From the sequence record PZ379549.1: 46,532 nt of DNA; one strand, 5' to 3'. The position numbers were made by a program, and so were the translations under genes. Each line of letters starts with the position of its first letter. The stretch's first letter is position 1. The notes beneath the pieces are model-generated. The model had not been told where the DNA came from, did not search any database, and saw nothing but the letters and a program-made list of their open reading frames with translations. Origin of the DNA: a phage. Positions 17,556 through 25,590 of the stretch are shown in pieces.

Positions 17556-17759
17556 ATGAAACTTCTTTGCACTAACATAATTAAAGACTTTAACGACGCC
17601 TTCAATAAGGGCTCTGAATACAACGCTACCGAGTTTAAAGATGATATGTGCCTTGTTACCGGCGAACGTCCACACAAGCATCACGACACGTTCCAGGCGC
17701 TTAAATGCCTTGATTACGTAATCATCCACGGCATCGCAACTTTTAAGGTGATTGAATAA
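17556..17759 (+). CDS. hypothetical protein
   Basis: 67-aa ORF. Confidence 0.4.
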   Translation: MKLLCTNIIKDFNDAFNKGSEYNATEFKDDMCLVTGERPHKHHDTFQALKCLDYVIIHGIATFKVIE

Positions 17760-17923
17760 TGCTTTTACCATCTGATATAAACTATTTCGATCTGGAAATA
17801 ATTAGTGCTTACAGCGGAAAGGGTTGGCCTTGCGGGGACTGGTTTAACGAGGACCTGCTTGAGTCTCACGAGATTATGTTGAAGGCAATTGAGAAGGCCA
17901 GAAAAAATAGCACTAATTGCTAA
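17759..17923 (+). CDS. hypothetical small protein ending ...KNSTNC
   Basis: 54-aa ORF translated by hand; C-terminus and stop encoded by box. Confidence 0.3.
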   Translation: MLLPSDINYFDLEIISAYSGKGWPCGDWFNEDLLESHEIMLKAIEKARKNSTNC

Positions 17924-17982
17924 AACTCACCGCCACGGATGGCGTATATTTACTCCATCGAAACGAAAGAGAGCAAGAGATC
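17906..17982 (+). promoter_or_regulatory. box-hairpin-(-10)-leader unit
   Basis: Box 17906-17924, hairpin CGCCACGGATGGCG 17931-17944, TATATT 17945-17950, TACTCCATCGAAACGAAAGAGAG. Confidence 0.45.
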
Positions 17983-18102
17983 ATGTTCGACAACTTTTAT
18001 GACGAGATGGAAGAGGCGGTTTTCATGGCGTCGCTAGATGGTAAGATTTACGGTTTAGTTCAGAAGTTTGATAAGATTGTTGTGCGTATTGTGCGCAAAT
18101 AA
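17983..18102 (+). CDS. hypothetical small protein
   Basis: ORF 17917-18102 trimmed to ATG 17983 after conserved leader. Confidence 0.3.
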   Translation: MFDNFYDEMEEAVFMASLDGKIYGLVQKFDKIVVRIVRK

Positions 18103-18143
18103 GTACCAAACAAATTCATGTGGAAAACTAAGAGATTAAAATA

Positions 18144-18533
18144 ATGACTACTACGATAACCAAAAATTTCATTAGCAACGACAACAAGCTATTTAAAGCT
18201 CGCGTTAAAAAGATTCACCAGTGGGTTAACGGTGTCGCTGAGGAAGTTGAATTTGAGCAAATCAAAAAAGACGGCAAATGGATCAACCTGGAAGAACGTG
18301 GAAAATACATTAAAACCAAAACTCTTTACTGCACAAAGGTTAACCATAAGTCTGGCGTTAAGAAAGACTTCAAAGAAGGTAAGCGATACCAGGTCAACAT
18401 GCATAGCGGACTTGGTCAGTCAGCTGGATACATTTACGATGAAGATGGCAACGCCTGGCAGCTATATCGCAGCGAAGATGTTGGCTTTTATACGTTGTGT
18501 GAAACTTACCACTTTGAGGCTCAATACAAATGA
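18144..18533 (+). CDS. hypothetical protein
   Basis: 129-aa ORF. Confidence 0.45.
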   Translation: MTTTITKNFISNDNKLFKARVKKIHQWVNGVAEEVEFEQIKKDGKWINLEERGKYIKTKTLYCTKVNHKSGVKKDFKEGKRYQVNMHSGLGQSAGYIYDEDGNAWQLYRSEDVGFYTLCETYHFEAQYK

Positions 18534-18700
18534 AATTATACATTGTAAGTGGTTGCACACACTATGATGGAAGCGAAGTGATTGCCGCTTTCGATGAAGA
18601 ATTCAAAGCACAGGAGTTTAAATATAACAAAGAAATATCTTCAGAAAATCACTTTGACTACTACAAGATAGATTGCATCTTACTAAATAGCACTAATTGA
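18530..18700 (+). CDS. hypothetical small protein ending ...LNSTN
   Basis: 56-aa ORF translated by hand; ATGA overlap with upstream stop. Confidence 0.3.
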   Translation: MKLYIVSGCTHYDGSEVIAAFDEEFKAQEFKYNKEISSENHFDYYKIDCILLNSTN

Positions 18701-18760
18701 TAATGCATTATAAGCGGCTATTGATATAATGGCCGCTCAGAAACAATGCGGAGAGAAGTA
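18686..18760 (+). promoter_or_regulatory. box-hairpin-(-10) unit
   Basis: Variant box 18686-18703, hairpin GCGGC..GCCGC enclosing TATAAT. Confidence 0.4.
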
Positions 18761-20023
18761 ATGTTTGATTTCAATGAAGATAAACTATCTGTTGAGCAAG
18801 TTATGGCGATCGCTGCCAATGACAACCTACCACCGCTTCGCGTGGCTATTAATGCCAATGGCTATCGACAGTCTCAATCGTTCTGGAAAGCACCTGTCGA
18901 GATTGATACAGGTAATGATAAGTATCCAGTAATCTCACTCGGTAATGATATTGATGTTGTTGGTAAGCTATCGGCTAATATCGCTCGCTCGGTTCAGTTC
19001 CCTGAGTCGTCAGCTTACATGCACTTTCTTGGTTGTGTTTCTGCTGCAATGCTTGGGCGTTTTACTGTCGAGTATCATGGAACCCAACAGCCAACATCTT
19101 TGTACGTGGTAACAAGTCAGCCGCCTTCAACTGGTAAATCAGCCATTAACTCGCTATCAATTGCGCCGATGATTGCTGAGACTGAGCGGTTGAATGAAGT
19201 ACGTAAACGTGATCGAAAAAAGATTATGGCTAAACTGTCCGCTCTGGCTAAAGAGATGAAGCAGGAGAAATCACCTTCTGAAATGGCTTCACTTTTTGAG
19301 GAGAAGGAGGATTTAGAGGAGAAGCTCGAGAAGCTATGCGATATAGTATTCCCTGTCTCCGATACTACTCCGGAAGGTCTTGCGCGAATCAACAATCGCC
19401 AGGGTAATTTTGCGGTAATCTCTGATGAGGCTACTAGCGTCAACTCACTGTTAGGCATGACTTACGGTGATGGCTCGAAGAAAACGAACAGCGAGCTCGT
19501 GCTGAAAGCATGGGATGCAGGTAATGTGTCAATTGCCCGTGCGAACGCAGAAAATAACATGAGCTTTGTGGCTATGGGATGCATCTCCGTAATTGCTCAG
19601 GATGAAACAATCAATGCCATTATGAATGCTGGTGCGCGTGGTATTGGTGTATCTGAGCGTTTCCTTCTGGTGCGTGAAAAATCATTTCTTGGCGACCGTG
19701 TATTTGTTGATGAAAATGGTGATTCAACCTATGAGGCTATTGATGGCGGCCTGAAAGCAGACTATTTCCGTCTTGTTCATGAGATTATGAATGAAGTTGA
19801 AGTGAAACTTACTGTAAGCGCGTCATCAATGCGTTACCTTAACCGCGCTCGTCAAGAGATGGAGCCTCATCTTGGTGATGGTGGCAAGTATTCTCACACA
19901 ATGTTGCGCGGTGCTCTTGGTAAGTTTGATAAGCAAGCAATCCGCATCGCTTCTGTTCTGCACGTAATTCGTAACTGGTTCTCACCAGCCGGATCCAGCC
20001 CTCAAGAAGTCAAGAGAGATTGA
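18761..20023 (+). CDS. P-loop NTPase, DUF3987-like (replication-associated?)
   Basis: Walker A-like SQPPSTGKS and Walker B-like FAVISDEATS; ATG 18761 with GGAGAGAAG RBS (track start 18746). Confidence 0.45.
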   Translation: MFDFNEDKLSVEQVMAIAANDNLPPLRVAINANGYRQSQSFWKAPVEIDTGNDKYPVISLGNDIDVVGKLSANIARSVQFPESSAYMHFLGCVSAAMLGRFTVEYHGTQQPTSLYVVTSQPPSTGKSAINSLSIAPMIAETERLNEVRKRDRKKIMAKLSALAKEMKQEKSPSEMASLFEEKEDLEEKLEKLCDIVFPVSDTTPEGLARINNRQGNFAVISDEATSVNSLLGMTYGDGSKKTNSELVLKAWDAGNVSIARANAENNMSFVAMGCISVIAQDETINAIMNAGARGIGVSERFLLVREKSFLGDRVFVDENGDSTYEAIDGGLKADYFRLVHEIMNEVEVKLTVSASSMRYLNRARQEMEPHLGDGGKYSHTMLRGALGKFDKQAIRIASVLHVIRNWFSPAGSSPQEVKRD

Positions 20024-20033
20024 ACTGGATACA

Positions 20034-20246
20034 ATGCAGGAAGCGGTTATGATTTTCAACGAACTAAGCAAGACTTATTTATCATCCGCTAGTGCTGCTG
20101 GTCATGCTGGTGACAATGCCGAGATGAACAAGCTGGTTGATATCCTGATTAAGCAGGGCAAGAATGGTAAAGGTGTTGTTGGTGTTCGCTCGTTGTATGA
20201 GGCTGCACGCAAGGTTAAACCTTTTGAAGCTCAGGCTGGAATGTAA
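20034..20246 (+). CDS. hypothetical protein
   Basis: 70-aa ORF. Confidence 0.4.
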   Translation: MQEAVMIFNELSKTYLSSASAAGHAGDNAEMNKLVDILIKQGKNGKGVVGVRSLYEAARKVKPFEAQAGM

Positions 20247-20347
20247 TGACTCGCATTAAGGACCACTTGATTCCTATGCTTGATGAGAAAAACTACACAT
20301 GCCTGATTGGTGATAAAATTTACATTAATCCACGATTGCTGGGGTAA
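20246..20347 (+). CDS. hypothetical small protein
   Basis: 33-aa ORF between two overlapping-stop junctions. Confidence 0.25.
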   Translation: MTRIKDHLIPMLDEKNYTCLIGDKIYINPRLLG

Positions 20348-20350
20348 TTT

Positions 20351-20686
20351 ATGTACCTGCTCGACCTGTATAATTTCTGCGAAGGATACAAGAACTTCAA
20401 CCGCCAGCACCTGGCAAGATTCATCTATAAGCACAAGGATTGCGCAAGGATGGCCAAGGCTGCCGGGGTTGATGAAAGGTATTTTGCCTCAAGTTGCTCG
20501 AAGGAGTTTATGGCGAGAATGCTTACGGCTGGGTATCTTGATGGAGTTAATGGAGTGTACTGGTGTAAGGGTTCAATTAAGCGACCATTTCAGTTTGAAT
20601 TCATGAGCCTTGAAGGTAGGTCCAGTGATTACGTCAGTGAGATGATGAACATAGCCAACATGAGTGATGACGAATTGTTTGCATAA
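20351..20686 (+). CDS. hypothetical protein
   Basis: 111-aa ORF, last gene of rightward cluster. Confidence 0.4.
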   Translation: MYLLDLYNFCEGYKNFNRQHLARFIYKHKDCARMAKAAGVDERYFASSCSKEFMARMLTAGYLDGVNGVYWCKGSIKRPFQFEFMSLEGRSSDYVSEMMNIANMSDDELFA

Positions 20687-20691
20687 AAATA

Positions 20692-20712
20692 GCCCCATTA
20701 CGGGGCTTTTTT
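20692..20712. terminator. bidirectional rho-independent terminator
   Basis: GCCCC-attac-GGGGC then TTTTTT on plus strand; A-run on other side; sits between convergent genes. Confidence 0.8.
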
Positions 20713-21084
20713 GTTTTTCCTGAATATCATTAAGAGCAGAATGATGATGACGCAAAACATGATTCCACTCCCAATCCACGGGATTGCAGACGAATCATTG
20801 TTGGTGATTTCAATCTTCTCAGCCGTGATTGTTGATGCCTTGATTGAGTTATCAGAAGTCTTTTTACCGCTTGAACTATCAAGAGTGTCAACCTTAGAGT
20901 TCTTCACTTCAGCCTTTGCGCTGGAACTTGAATCAACCTTATTAGTTATCCCCACTCCAACCTTGTTATTCTCCGCACCTGCTTGAGCGCTAATCTCTGG
21001 CCTACTACCAATCAACCCGGTCAGCGCAGATGTTGCCGAGCAACCAGAAAGTATAATTACCGCAGCAATTAACGCAGCCTTCAT
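20698..21084 (-). CDS. unimolecular spanin (u-spanin)
   Basis: N-terminal lipoprotein signal with lipobox LSGC, Ser-rich periplasmic part, C-terminal transmembrane helix; last gene of lysis cassette. Confidence 0.55.
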   Translation of the reverse strand: MKAALIAAVIILSGCSATSALTGLIGSRPEISAQAGAENNKVGVGITNKVDSSSSAKAEVKNSKVDTLDSSSGKKTSDNSIKASTITAEKIEITNNDSSAIPWIGSGIMFCVIIILLLMIFRKNKKAP

Positions 21085-21567
21085 TTACCCACCCCACTTA
21101 AGCATAATTTAATCTCCTCGTTGCGCCTGTTGACGAGGCCTTTAACAACTTTTAGCTTGCCATTTACTCGAGCTTTATTCCAGGAGGCGAGAGCATTACA
21201 ACCCTGCTTCAATCTTGCCCTGATTAATCAGCCTTACTGCCGTTGACTTCCTCATTGCAGCGCCACCAACGTTGTAGCTAAAGCTGATTAACGCCGCCCT
21301 TGTCTGTGGAGAGATTGGGTAAGTTACTGCATCCTGCACATACTTTCCATGAATCTGGATGTGTTTCTCCAGTAAGTTCCTGCACTCCCTTGCACTGTAC
21401 TTTTTACCCCACACCACATCAGGACCAGTGATACCTGAACAAACCGTAGGAATGCCTGCAATGTCCATGTAAGGCTTGTATTCCACACCTTCTACTAGCT
21501 CAATAATCGGCGCTGCGATGTATATTGCCACAGCCGTCGCTGCACTAATTACCAGCTTCTGCTTCAT
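21081..21567 (-). CDS. SAR endolysin (phage lysozyme), apparent frame change near 21196-21215
   Basis: N-terminal SAR-like hydrophobic segment, catalytic region LVEGVEYKPYMDIAGIPTVCSGITG; C-terminal 34 codons (WNKARVNGKLKVVKGLVNRRNEEIKLCLSGVGK) lie in another frame ending at TGA overlapping spanin ATG. Confidence 0.6.
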
Positions 21568-21782
21568 TACTTACTCCTAATATTGATAGCTGTCTTTAAA
21601 TCACCCGACTCTAGAGCCTTCCTGATTGCCTGACTGTCCTTAAACTTCCAATATGCTCCCCACAGCCCGAAAACAACAAGAGCCACAAGGCTGATTATTG
21701 CTATAGTCATTTGACCAGTTGCGGCACCAGTTACAGCGGCTCCGCCGGTTGATGCCGTGGCGGCGTTAATTACTTCCCTCAT
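21567..21782 (-). CDS. holin
   Basis: 71-aa protein with one hydrophobic helix and charged C-terminus; directly upstream of endolysin; ATG 21782 preferred. Confidence 0.5.
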   Translation of the reverse strand: MREVINAATASTGGAAVTGAATGQMTIAIISLVALVVFGLWGAYWKFKDSQAIRKALESGDLKTAINIRSK

Positions 21783-21909
21783 GTGATCACCTTTAAATCC
21801 TAATTTGTCAATACATAGTGCAAATATCATACATTAGGCGGTGGCAAATTATAAGCAAAAAAAGGGGAGCCAAAAGGCCCCCCGCATGCAAATCTATGTT
21901 TTTGATGTG

Positions 21910-22083
21910 TTAATCTGCGATAATAAATTCCACCAAAGAGCCATCAATCGGCGCAAGGATGTGAGTCATATCGTCACCGTAAACTTTGTAGTAACCGTCA
22001 CCTAGAGACTCTGCGCTGTACGGCTGGTTTTCGGTGAACGGCAGTGTCTTTGAGTTGTTTTTAACGCAGTATAATTTAGTCAT
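21910..22083 (-). CDS. hypothetical small protein
   Basis: 57-aa ORF translated by hand, GAGGA RBS, downstream of box unit. Confidence 0.3.
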   Translation of the reverse strand: MTKLYCVKNNSKTLPFTENQPYSAESLGDGYYKVYGDDMTHILAPIDGSLVEFIIAD

Positions 22084-22160
22084 TTTTGAATCCTCTGTTG
22101 TTTTCGATGTAGTAATTATGCCGGATTACTCCGGCGATTGTTTAGCAATTCGTGCTATTT
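22084..22160 (-). promoter_or_regulatory. box-hairpin-(-10)-leader unit
   Basis: Box 22140-22160 (encodes kinase C-terminus NSTNC), hairpin GCCGGAttacTCCGGC 22120-22135, ATAATTAC, CATCGAAAACAACAGAGGA. Confidence 0.45.
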
Positions 22161-22696
22161 ATTACGTGCATTACCAAAGCAGAGGTTCCATCAATATCAC
22201 CATCTACAACATGAACGTCAATTTCTCTTGCGCAGACACCGCGAATGTAGGAGCGGCTATCTCCATCAAAAGTATAGCCAGGCCTAAAAAGTCTAATCAA
22301 AGTAACTTCAACCCCTGAATCAATGAGAGTATTAATCTCGCTAGCGAAGCCACCATCAGCACAGATATAGCAACCATCACCAAGTGATTGCGCTAGCCTT
22401 TTACCGAAAACATCATCACCAAAGACTGGCTTCATAACTGACTCACTAATCCAAATCATAAATTCACGAACCGTCATTCCACCAAGAAATTCATGTGGTG
22501 ATTCTTTGTACTCTCGGTCATCGTAATTCTTAATAAATTCATCAAACTCATCGCTTGATAGTATTCCTTTTGCAACATTAAACATTGGTGACTTGAATGA
22601 AACCTTATCCTTGCAAATTCCAAGATTAACAATGATATCTGCAACTGTATCTTTTCCAGCACCAGGGGGTGCATTAAGGATGATTAACTTTTTCAT
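22142..22696 (-). CDS. P-loop nucleotide/polynucleotide kinase
   Basis: Walker A LNAPPGAGKDT; ATG 22696 right after upstream stop; track start is upstream alternative. Confidence 0.55.
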   Translation of the reverse strand: MKKLIILNAPPGAGKDTVADIIVNLGICKDKVSFKSPMFNVAKGILSSDEFDEFIKNYDDREYKESPHEFLGGMTVREFMIWISESVMKPVFGDDVFGKRLAQSLGDGCYICADGGFASEINTLIDSGVEVTLIRLFRPGYTFDGDSRSYIRGVCAREIDVHVVDGDIDGTSALVMHVINSTNC

Positions 22697-22697
22697 T

Positions 22698-23171
22698 TTA
22701 TTCTCCGTGAGATTCGCAGTCTTTTGGTAATTCTTTATATTCACAAACTGACATTACAGTATATCCGCAATTCCTTAGGTGACTGATAACATTAGGATTA
22801 TCCTCAAAGATTATCACACTTGCTTTGTCACCATTACACAAATCATTTAGCCACATCTCTTTAATGATATAGTCATTTCTGTTATCCAATCTACTCCTCA
22901 TATATATTCCATCATAATTAATATTATTATACTGAAGCCATTCAAGCGTCATACATTCGACTTCGTCACTTCTTGAAGTCATGATGTAAACTGGCGATAA
23001 CTCAGCTAACGCATTCATCATGTTTATCATTGGAATTATCGGTGAATCTCCAGAACAGGCTCTATTGTAATCACTCCAACTTGAAGTCAAGTGAAGGTCA
23101 CTAGATGGTAAGAGGTGGCTTCTATGTTCATTGTTAGCAATAGTTCCATCAATATCAAACACGTAAATCAT
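22698..23171 (-). CDS. HAD-superfamily phosphatase
   Basis: N-terminal DxDGT motif (VFDIDGT); adjacent and co-oriented with kinase. Confidence 0.55.
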   Translation of the reverse strand: MIYVFDIDGTIANNEHRSHLLPSSDLHLTSSWSDYNRACSGDSPIIPMINMMNALAELSPVYIMTSRSDEVECMTLEWLQYNNINYDGIYMRSRLDNRNDYIIKEMWLNDLCNGDKASVIIFEDNPNVISHLRNCGYTVMSVCEYKELPKDCESHGE

Positions 23172-23250
23172 TACAACTCCTCATCTCGTTATCGTTTATT
23201 CATTTTGCCTCAATCCTTTGAGGCTTTATTAACAAAAAATGCTATTACTT
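23172..23250 (-). promoter_or_regulatory. box-hairpin-leader unit (variant box)
   Basis: AATAGCATTTTTTG box 23231-23250, 7-bp-stem hairpin GCCTCAA-tcct-TTGAGGC 23207-23224, leader TAAACGATAACGAGATGAGGAG. Confidence 0.35.
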
Positions 23251-24378
23251 AAACATTTCAGGTCGGCAAGTGAATCGACCAACTTCACCGTACTCTGAGC
23301 TATAGATAATTACTGAGGCCTGACGATAAGAGCGATACCCTCCGTTTGCGCTGTACGCATCTTTAGCACCCAACTGACCGTGTGACTCATCAATTCCAAG
23401 ATTACCCTCAGTAACCGTCTGATGATGATAATGGCCACTATGTGTATAAACGTATTCAGCATTACCAAATGCTTTGCGATGGTCGCGCGCAAGAGTTGAA
23501 AGACGAGTGTCAGGCTTTCGCAATTCATGACCATGGCAGTAACCCAACAATGTTTTACCAAACTCCGTCACGTGAAGAGCGGCTGGTGAGGCATCAACAT
23601 TTACACGAGGCTCATCCATGTAGAAGGCAGCCATTGCAGCTCGAAGCCAAATCATCCCAGAAAGGTCGTGGTTGCCTGGTATAATCTGAACCTCAACCTC
23701 TTTATGCTTGTCAAGCATCTTACTGACGGCGCGGCGAGTTGCACGAACAGCTACGTAGACAAGTTTATGATAACGGCTATCTTGATCAAGTACGTGCTTG
23801 CTGGTTGGAGTTACAGCTTCCATTCCATCCGAGTGAAGGAAGTCTCCACCAATCAGTAATACGGCTTTTGATGAATTCGGGGCCTTAGCAACTGCATAAT
23901 CAAAGTATTGGTTAAGCACTCGCTCTGCAATTTCTGTACTGTAGTTCTCCCCACACTCTGCATGGTGAGCCATTGCGCCAATATGCATATCAAACACGGG
24001 GTAGAGGCTCAAGGTGTCCTCATAGCTTGATTCACTGAGTGGTTTCGGAGTCTCTCGAGGGAGCTCATCTGTAAGCGCCTGAACAATCTGCTGAAGCATC
24101 TCTTCTTGTTTCTGTTCGTCGATGGAAGTTTTAACCCAGCGAAGCTTCTCATTACCATCCGCATCAATCATTGTTGAAGTGCCTTTAACAAGATAGCCAT
24201 CAGGAACTAGCTTCTTGATGCCTTCATTACCATGCCCAACCCCACTCTTAGCCAACTTGCTACGACGAAGCTCAACGTTTCGAATGTTCATTCCGTACTT
24301 CTCTGCAATCGCCTTGTTAGTCAGGCCGTTTTTCAGTTCTTCGATCAACTGCTCGGTGGTAATTTTTGCTGCTGCCAT
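23245..24378 (-). CDS. calcineurin-like metallophosphoesterase with N-terminal HTH
   Basis: HTH-like LTNKAIAEKYGMNIRNVELRRSKL; phosphoesterase motifs DMHIG, GGDFLH, GNHD, GHE, GHYHH. Confidence 0.55.
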   Translation of the reverse strand: MAAAKITTEQLIEELKNGLTNKAIAEKYGMNIRNVELRRSKLAKSGVGHGNEGIKKLVPDGYLVKGTSTMIDADGNEKLRWVKTSIDEQKQEEMLQQIVQALTDELPRETPKPLSESSYEDTLSLYPVFDMHIGAMAHHAECGENYSTEIAERVLNQYFDYAVAKAPNSSKAVLLIGGDFLHSDGMEAVTPTSKHVLDQDSRYHKLVYVAVRATRRAVSKMLDKHKEVEVQIIPGNHDLSGMIWLRAAMAAFYMDEPRVNVDASPAALHVTEFGKTLLGYCHGHELRKPDTRLSTLARDHRKAFGNAEYVYTHSGHYHHQTVTEGNLGIDESHGQLGAKDAYSANGGYRSYRQASVIIYSSEYGEVGRFTCRPEMFK

Positions 24379-24463
24379 TTTTAAGTCCTTAGTTCATCAC
24401 GATAAAATATAAGATAGTAAAGCTAACCAGTGGTGCTAATGCTACTAGGGCTACATATTTCAT

Positions 24464-24712
24464 TCAACCTCTTTCAACCAAAAGTCCAACAAAGTCAGCA
24501 CAAATTGCTAATTTCTTGTCCAGGTCAGTCATGCACAGGTTTCCACATGATGGTGAATAATAAATCTGTACCCACTTGCCATCTTTAGTCTTCGCATTAA
24601 CATCTACGTAGTCAGGAGGAAACCAGTCAGAAATAGGGATTGCTCTAAACTTATTCCCACTACTACCATGTACTAAGTCATAATGCCCAGGCTGAAAATC
24701 TAATCCCAACAT
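24464..24712 (-). CDS. hypothetical protein
   Basis: 82-aa ORF. Confidence 0.35.
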   Translation of the reverse strand: MLGLDFQPGHYDLVHGSSGNKFRAIPISDWFPPDYVDVNAKTKDGKWVQIYYSPSCGNLCMTDLDKKLAICADFVGLLVERG

Positions 24713-24714
24713 AA

Positions 24715-24957
24715 CTAAACCTTCGTTATCTTAAATTTGAATCCCTGTTCTTTCAGGAACTCATTCGTGTTTATCGTGACGCCAGGTTTAACACTGACAT
24801 ACTTGCGCGGCCTTTCATCCATGTACGTAAACTTACCGTTGAAGATGACACTGATATCTTTTATATCGAAGTACTTAGATATCATCTTAATGTCGTCCTG
24901 AATGCCAGCCTCTGCGCAGTGGGCCCAGACTGCGGCCCGTCCTGTTTCAACTATCAT
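24715..24957 (-). CDS. hypothetical protein
   Basis: 80-aa ORF. Confidence 0.35.
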   Translation of the reverse strand: MIVETGRAAVWAHCAEAGIQDDIKMISKYFDIKDISVIFNGKFTYMDERPRKYVSVKPGVTINTNEFLKEQGFKFKITKV

Positions 24958-25083
24958 AAGCCGTATGCCAATTTCAGGTATTCACGCGCACACATCCAAT
25001 GACTCATTCTGATTGAAACTCAACTGCATCAACTCAGTATAAATGTTGGGCAATCCTAAACATCTCCTTATCTACGATTTTCA

Positions 25084-25305
25084 TTATTCAAAATCCTCCG
25101 GGCAATCTTTTTTCATTTCCGCAATGTCTGCAACCATGCGTTCGCGCCATGTTTCGATGTCCGTTCGCAAGTAATCTTCTTCAAAGCTGTAATCAAGGCA
25201 TCCTGCTAAAAACCATGAGTCACCTTTATAACCAGCATTGTGTAGCTCCTGAACCCCCATTGCCTGAAATAGTTCCCATTGTTTGTCAAATGTTAAAATT
25301 GCCAT
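25084..25305 (-). CDS. hypothetical protein
   Basis: 73-aa acidic ORF. Confidence 0.4.
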   Translation of the reverse strand: MAILTFDKQWELFQAMGVQELHNAGYKGDSWFLAGCLDYSFEEDYLRTDIETWRERMVADIAEMKKDCPEDFE

Positions 25306-25310
25306 TACTC

Positions 25311-25505
25311 TTATACCTCATCAAATTTTTCGCCGAATTCGTTTTTAACAGTTTCCAGATCATATCTGTAAGTTGGGCTAACTTCGAATGCATATGTGCA
25401 GTCTTCAATGTCAACCAAAACATAACCATCTTCAGTTACTTGCATCTCGTAGATGTAGCCAGTCTTGCGTGATTCGTAGAATTTACCAGTATAGATAGTA
25501 GCCAT
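25311..25505 (-). CDS. hypothetical protein
   Basis: 64-aa ORF downstream of box unit. Confidence 0.4.
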   Translation of the reverse strand: MATIYTGKFYESRKTGYIYEMQVTEDGYVLVDIEDCTYAFEVSPTYRYDLETVKNEFGEKFDEV

Positions 25506-25590
25506 TTTCTTTCTCTCTTTGTGTGTTTCGTTTCGATGAGTTGATAATACACCAACTCACCAATTCGTCTTTAGCAATTCGTGCTATTTT
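25506..25590 (-). promoter_or_regulatory. box-(-10)-leader unit
   Basis: Box 25570-25590 overlapping upstream stop TAG, TATTAT, CTCATCGAAACGAAACACAC. Confidence 0.4.
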
